Part shown: positions 27,834-32,000 of the stretch, piece by piece
Layout of the letters: each line of letters starts with the position of its first letter
How positions within the stretch are numbered: position 1 is the stretch's first letter
Assembly: GCF_001644705.1 (NCBI RefSeq)
Contig: NZ_CP015137.1
Location: 4,110,001 to 4,142,000 of the forward strand
From: Dickeya solani IPO 2222
GTDB lineage: Bacteria; Pseudomonadota; Gammaproteobacteria; Enterobacterales; Enterobacteriaceae
Length of the DNA stretch: 32,000 bases
Reading direction: 5' to 3'
Made by a program: the position numbers and the translations under genes
The notes under the pieces: generated by a model
The model's database searches: none
The model's input: only the letters and a program-made list of their open reading frames with translations
What the model was told of the DNA's origin: nothing

Positions 27834-29066
27834 AGGCTGCTGCGCCGCCAGCAGACACAGCGTCAACGCCACCTGATAGGATTTGACGAACGACGGCACC
27901 GGCAGAAACTCAAAGCGTGAATGGAAGTTGTGCGCGCCGGTAAAAAAGTTCGGCGTCAGGATACCTTTGGCCGACAGCGCCGCGCCGTCGGTGCCGCCGC
28001 GCATTGGAATTACGTTCGGCGCAATCGACAGGGTGTTCATGGCGGCGAACAGCAGATCCAGCGCCCGCCGGTCGTCTCCCAACGCGTTGCTGATGTTGCT
28101 GTAGATATCGGCGATGGCGCAACTGACCTGACCGGTTGGGTAGAGGGCGGCGATCTGCGCCGCGACGTCGCGTATCTGCTGTTTACGCTGTGCAAATCCG
28201 GTCAGATCGAAATCGCGGATCGAAGCTTTCAGCACCGCTTCATTGGCGTTGGCGTGAATGTCGTTGAACCAGACGTAGCCTTCGCGGCCTTCGGTGTGCT
28301 CCGGGGTGTGCCGGCGGTCAAACTGGCCGATGAAATCGTGCGCCATCAGGATCGGGTTGACCAGTACGCCTTTGGCCGACATCGGGTGTGCGGTCACGCC
28401 GGTAAAACGGATTTCCGCTGCGGCGGCGTTAAAATTCTCGTACACCACTTCGCCCAGTTCGCAGCAGTCGATGGTGTAGGCGAAATCGACGTCGAAACGC
28501 GCCAGATCCAGCGCTTTAGCGCCTCTTAGCCCAATCTCCTCATCCGGCACGAACGCCACCACGATATCGCCGTGCGGCTGGTCGTCGCGCAGGTTTTCCA
28601 GCAGCGTCATCACCACGGTGACGGCGGCTTTGTTGTCTGCCCCCAGCACGCTGGTGCCATCGCTGAAAATAATCTCCTGATCGCGGTAGGGCAGGATCTC
28701 CGGATGCTCGCCGACCCGCAGCCAGATGTCCTGCGCCGGATTGAGACACAGGTCTTCGCCGCTAAAACGCAGGATTTGCGGGTGAATCTCCGGCGACAGG
28801 CCGACATCCACGGTGTCGATATGGGTGATGAAGCCGATGCGCGGCGCGGACGGTGTGTTGCCCGGCTTCACCGCGGTGACGGTGGCGTGCTCGTCGCACA
28901 CCACCTGGCTCAGCCCCAGCGCGCGCAATTCCTCCGCCAGTAGCCGGGCCATCGCCATTTGGCCCGGCGTGCTCGGCAGCGTGGTCGAGGCGGCGTCGCT
29001 TTGACTGGTGACCGCCAGATAGCGGTAGAAACGGTCGGTCAACTGACGCGCCGGGTTATTGCTCAT
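27825..29066 (-). CDS. pepT: peptidase T-type tripeptide aminopeptidase (M20B family), divergent paralog
   Basis: M20B motifs ITHIDTV, GADNKAA, PDEEIGLRGA and MRGGTDGA are collinear with E. coli PepT, but the sequence is clearly diverged. AAGGA Shine-Dalgarno lies 6 nt before ATG 29066. Its 3' end overlaps the AraC gene's 3' end by 9 nt (convergent). Confidence 0.86.
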   Translation of the reverse strand: MSNNPARQLTDRFYRYLAVTSQSDAASTTLPSTPGQMAMARLLAEELRALGLSQVVCDEHATVTAVKPGNTPSAPRIGFITHIDTVDVGLSPEIHPQILRFSGEDLCLNPAQDIWLRVGEHPEILPYRDQEIIFSDGTSVLGADNKAAVTVVMTLLENLRDDQPHGDIVVAFVPDEEIGLRGAKALDLARFDVDFAYTIDCCELGEVVYENFNAAAAEIRFTGVTAHPMSAKGVLVNPILMAHDFIGQFDRRHTPEHTEGREGYVWFNDIHANANEAVLKASIRDFDLTGFAQRKQQIRDVAAQIAALYPTGQVSCAIADIYSNISNALGDDRRALDLLFAAMNTLSIAPNVIPMRGGTDGAALSAKGILTPNFFTGAHNFHSRFEFLPVPSFVKSYQVALTLCLLAAQQPSA

Positions 29067-29180
29067 AGCGGATCCTTATTGGTAAACCAGTCGAAAAATT
29101 CGGTATTGTTTTCAAAAATAATCAAAGGTTTCGTTGTACTCAGCGAGCCGCCCGGAAGTCAATAAAAAACGAGGATAGGG

Positions 29181-30776
29181 ATGAAAAACGCAATAACGCG
29201 CGTCGCGCTGGCGGCGCTGACGCTGGCGGCCGCTCAGACGGCGTGCGCCAAAACGCTGGTGTACTGTTCAGAAGGCTCACCGGAGAATTTTAACCCGCAG
29301 CTGTATACCTCCGGCACCAGTGTAGACGCCAGCGCGGTGCCGATTTACAACCGGCTGGTGGATTTTAAGGTTGGCACCACCGAACTGGCGCCAAGTCTGG
29401 CGGAAAGCTGGGATATCAGCCCGGATGGCACCCAATACACGTTTCATCTGCGTAAAGGGGTGAAGTTTCATCACAACGCGCAGTTTACCCCGAGCCGCGA
29501 TTTCAACGCCGATGACGTGATTTTCTCTTTTCAGCGCCAGCGCGACCCCAACCACCCGTATCACAAGGTATCCGGCGGCACCTATGCCAATTTCGAGAGC
29601 CTGTCGTTCCGCAGCCTGATTACCGCCATCGACAAGCCGGATGATTACACGGTGCGTTTTACCCTGAGCCATGCGGAAGCGCCGTTTCTGGCTGATTTGG
29701 CCTGGTATTTCGCGTCGATCCTGTCCGCTGAATACGCCGACCAGATGCTAAAGGCCGGCACGCCGGAGAAAGTGGATCTGGAACCGATCGGCACCGGCCC
29801 GTTCCAACTGGCGCAGTACCAGAAAGATTCCCGCATTCTGTATCAGGCGTTCCCCGACTACTGGCAGGGCAAAGCGAAACTGGATCGACTGGTGTTCAGC
29901 ATCACGCCGGACGCCTCGGTGCGTTACGCCAAGCTGCGCAAGAACGAATGTCAGGTGATGCCGTTTCCCAATCCGGCGGAACTGGCGGACATGAAGAACA
30001 ATAAGGACATCACCCTGATGCAGAAAGCCGGCTTGAACATCGGTTTTCTGGCCTTCAACACCCGTAAAGCGCCGCTGGATAACGTCAAGGTGCGTCAGGC
30101 GCTGACGATGGCGATCAACAAACCGGCGATTATCGAGGCGGTGTTTCAGGGCACCGGCACCGCGGCCAAAAACCTGCTGCCGCCCGGCGTATGGAGCGCG
30201 GCAACTGACCTGAAGGACGATGAATACGACCCGGAAAAAGCCAGAGCGCTGCTGAAAGAAGCCGGACTGGCGGAAGGAACCGCTATCGATCTGTGGGCGA
30301 TGCCGGTACAGCGGCCGTATAACCCCAATGCGCGCCGCATGGCGGAAATGATTCAGGCCGACTGGGCGAAGGTGGGGGTAAAAGCGAATATCGTCAGTTA
30401 TGAGTGGGGCGAATACCTCAAACGGGTGAGGAGCGGCGAGCATCAGGCGGCGCTGATGGGCTGGACCACCGCTACCGGCGATCCGGACAATTTCTTCGGC
30501 CCGCTGTTTACCTGTACTTCCGCCAATGGCGGGTCCAACTCCGCCAAATGGTGCTACCCACCGTTTGATAAGCTGATTACCGACGCGCGCGCCGAGCAGG
30601 ATCACCAGAAACGCGTGGAATTATATCGTCAGGCGCAGTTCATGATGCATGAGCAGGCGCCGGCGGTGATGATCGCGCACTCGACTATCTTTGAGCCGGT
30701 GCGCAACACGGTGACGGGCTATGAAATCGACCCGTTCGGCAAACACATTTTCTATCAGGTGGATATCCGGCAGTAA
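29181..30776 (+). CDS. DppA-family periplasmic dipeptide-binding protein, orphan (no adjacent permease or ATPase genes)
   Basis: Signal peptide MKNAITRVALAALTLAAAQTACA. The mature KTLVYCSEGSPENFNPQLYTSG ... WAMPVQRPYNPNARRMAEMIQADWAKVGV is very close to E. coli DppA as I recall it. GAGGA Shine-Dalgarno. A strong terminator follows. Confidence 0.9.
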   Translation: MKNAITRVALAALTLAAAQTACAKTLVYCSEGSPENFNPQLYTSGTSVDASAVPIYNRLVDFKVGTTELAPSLAESWDISPDGTQYTFHLRKGVKFHHNAQFTPSRDFNADDVIFSFQRQRDPNHPYHKVSGGTYANFESLSFRSLITAIDKPDDYTVRFTLSHAEAPFLADLAWYFASILSAEYADQMLKAGTPEKVDLEPIGTGPFQLAQYQKDSRILYQAFPDYWQGKAKLDRLVFSITPDASVRYAKLRKNECQVMPFPNPAELADMKNNKDITLMQKAGLNIGFLAFNTRKAPLDNVKVRQALTMAINKPAIIEAVFQGTGTAAKNLLPPGVWSAATDLKDDEYDPEKARALLKEAGLAEGTAIDLWAMPVQRPYNPNARRMAEMIQADWAKVGVKANIVSYEWGEYLKRVRSGEHQAALMGWTTATGDPDNFFGPLFTCTSANGGSNSAKWCYPPFDKLITDARAEQDHQKRVELYRQAQFMMHEQAPAVMIAHSTIFEPVRNTVTGYEIDPFGKHIFYQVDIRQ

Positions 30777-30787
30777 CCTCTGCGCCG

Positions 30788-30824
30788 CAGCGGGAAAGCC
30801 TTGGCTTTCCCGCTGGTTCTTTTG
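30788..30824 (+). terminator. rho-independent terminator of the DppA-like gene
   Basis: A perfect 13-nt inverted repeat, cagcgggaaagcc / ggctttcccgctg, followed by gttcttttg, 12 nt after the stop codon. Confidence 0.8.
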
Positions 30825-30853
30825 CCTGTCCCCCCTTGCGCGGTTTTTTTCCG

Positions 30854-30949
30854 TAGAGAGCTACTCCTATAGAGTGCTACTCCTATAGAGAGCTTCCTCC
30901 GTCTACAGCTTCTCCCATCGACAGTTTCTCCCGCCGACAGTACCATTGC
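30854..30949. repeat. degenerate 16-bp tandem repeat array (about 6 units)
   Basis: Units in order: TAGAGAGCTACTCCTA, TAGAGTGCTACTCCTA, TAGAGAGCTTCCTCCG, TCTACAGCTTCTCCCA, TCGACAGTTTCTCCCG, CCGACAGTACCATTGC. The period is not a multiple of 3, and the array is intergenic, directly upstream of dusC. Confidence 0.8.
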
Positions 30950-30975
30950 CTGCCTTTTTTATGATGAGTCGAGTT

Positions 30976-31911
30976 ATGCGCGTTTTACTGGCCCCGATGG
31001 AAGGGGTGTTGGATTCCCTGGTGCGGGAATTGCTCACGGAAGTGAATGATTACGATCTGTGCATCACCGAGTTTTTGCGGGTGGTGGATAGCCGTTTGCC
31101 GGTAAAAGCCTTTTATCGCCTGTGCCCGGAATTGCGCCACGGCAGCCGTACGCCGTCCGGCACGCGGGTGCGGGTGCAACTGCTCGGTCAGTACCCGCAA
31201 TGGCTGGCGGAAAACGCCGCCCGGGCGGTGGAACTGGGTTCCTGGGGCGTTGATCTTAACTGCGGCTGCCCGTCGAAAATGGTGAACGGCAGCGGCGGCG
31301 GCGCCACGCTGCTCAAAGACCCTGATTTGATCTACCGGGCCGCCAAAGCGATGCGCGAGGCGGTGCCGGCATCGCTGCCAGTGACGGTGAAGGTGCGGTT
31401 GGGCTGGGACTCCGGCGATCGCCAGTTTGAGATTGCCGATGCGGTGCAGCAGGCGGGAGCCAGCGAGCTGGCGGTGCACGGTCGTACCAAGGAGGACGGC
31501 TACCGGGCGGAGCGTATCAACTGGGCGGCGATTGGCGAGATCCGCCGGCGTCTGCGTATTCCGGTGATCGCCAACGGCGAAATATGGGACTGGCAAAGCG
31601 CGCAGGACTGTATGTCCGCCACCGGGTGCGACGCGGTAATGATTGGCCGCGGTGCGCTCAACGTGCCCAACCTGAGTCGGGTCATCAAATACCGCGAGGC
31701 GCGCATGCCGTGGCCGGATGTGGTGCAACTGTTGCAGAAATACGTGCGGCTGGAAAAGCAGGGCGACACCGGCCTGTATCACGTGGCGCGCATCAAGCAG
31801 TGGCTGGGCTATCTGCGAAAGGAGTACCACGAGGCGAGCGAGCTGTTCAGCCAGGTTCGTGCGCTGACGACCTCGGCCGATATCGCACGGGTTATCGACG
31901 CTATCGGATGA
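30976..31911 (+). CDS. dusC: tRNA-dihydrouridine(16) synthase DusC
   Basis: [33 protein letters not shown] ... [11 protein letters not shown] ... is near-identical to E. coli DusC. The track ORF start at 30946 is a 10-codon extension. Confidence 0.95.
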   Translation: MRVLLAPMEGVLDSLVRELLTEVNDYDLCITEFLRVVDSRLPVKAFYRLCPELRHGSRTPSGTRVRVQLLGQYPQWLAENAARAVELGSWGVDLNCGCPSKMVNGSGGGATLLKDPDLIYRAAKAMREAVPASLPVTVKVRLGWDSGDRQFEIADAVQQAGASELAVHGRTKEDGYRAERINWAAIGEIRRRLRIPVIANGEIWDWQSAQDCMSATGCDAVMIGRGALNVPNLSRVIKYREARMPWPDVVQLLQKYVRLEKQGDTGLYHVARIKQWLGYLRKEYHEASELFSQVRALTTSADIARVIDAIG

Positions 31912-32000
31912 ACTAATATCGGATGAACGGATATCGTGTCGCGGGCAATGGCCTGAGCACATTAACCCGAACGGAAATGAGGCGGCGCGTTACCGGCAGA

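Noticed and set aside
29067-29180. A possible FNR or CRP site in the pepT / DppA-like divergent promoter.
   Set aside because: Only an ATCAA half-site is present. I could not align a full TTGAT-N4-ATCAA or TGTGA-N6-TCACA palindrome.
30854-30949. Whether the 16-bp repeat array could be a CRISPR array.
   Set aside because: The units are contiguous with no spacers, are too short, and are degenerate. No cas genes are nearby.

Overview
The window is chromosomal DNA from a high-GC Enterobacterales genome. From remembered E. coli K-12 protein sequences it matches the moaABCDE - ybhL - clsB - ybhP - ybhRSFG - rhlE neighbourhood. A plant-associated Dickeya- or Serratia-like host is my guess only.

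Gene order, left to right:
- The 3' end of a CIO-type cytochrome bd oxidase operon: subunit I tail, a 335-aa subunit II and a DUF2474 micro-protein.
- moaABCDE, preceded by a ModE-type operator and a Moco riboswitch-like leader.
- A Fur-box-controlled Fe3+ ABC importer (fbpABC/sfuABC type) that lies between moaE and ybhL. E. coli has no such genes there.
- ybhL, followed by a roughly 300-nt GC-rich, hairpin-dense non-coding block.
- On the minus strand: clsB, ybhP, ybhR, ybhS, ybhF and ybhG. There is no cecR/ybiH, ybhM, ybhN or ybhQ.
- rhlE, then an EamA/DMT transporter.
- A roughly 7-kb accessory module: DeoR regulator, family-5 solute-binding protein, two ATPases, two permeases and a glycerophosphodiester phosphodiesterase.
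- An AraC regulator, a PepT-type peptidase, an orphan DppA-like binding protein, and dusC.

The most interesting signal is the 7-kb module. Its gene content mirrors the Agrobacterium Ti-plasmid agrocinopine (acc) uptake and catabolism operon. Its codon style differs visibly from the flanks, and it is bracketed by a perfect 12-bp direct repeat.

Other non-genic signals:
- A degenerate 16-bp tandem repeat array upstream of dusC.
- A 15-bp duplication across the dusC stop codon.
- Repeated GATTCCGTG motifs in the regulator-less ybhG-rhlE spacer.

I found no rRNA, tRNA, CRISPR array or intact mobile element. Many long ORFs antisense to real genes are GC-driven artefacts.
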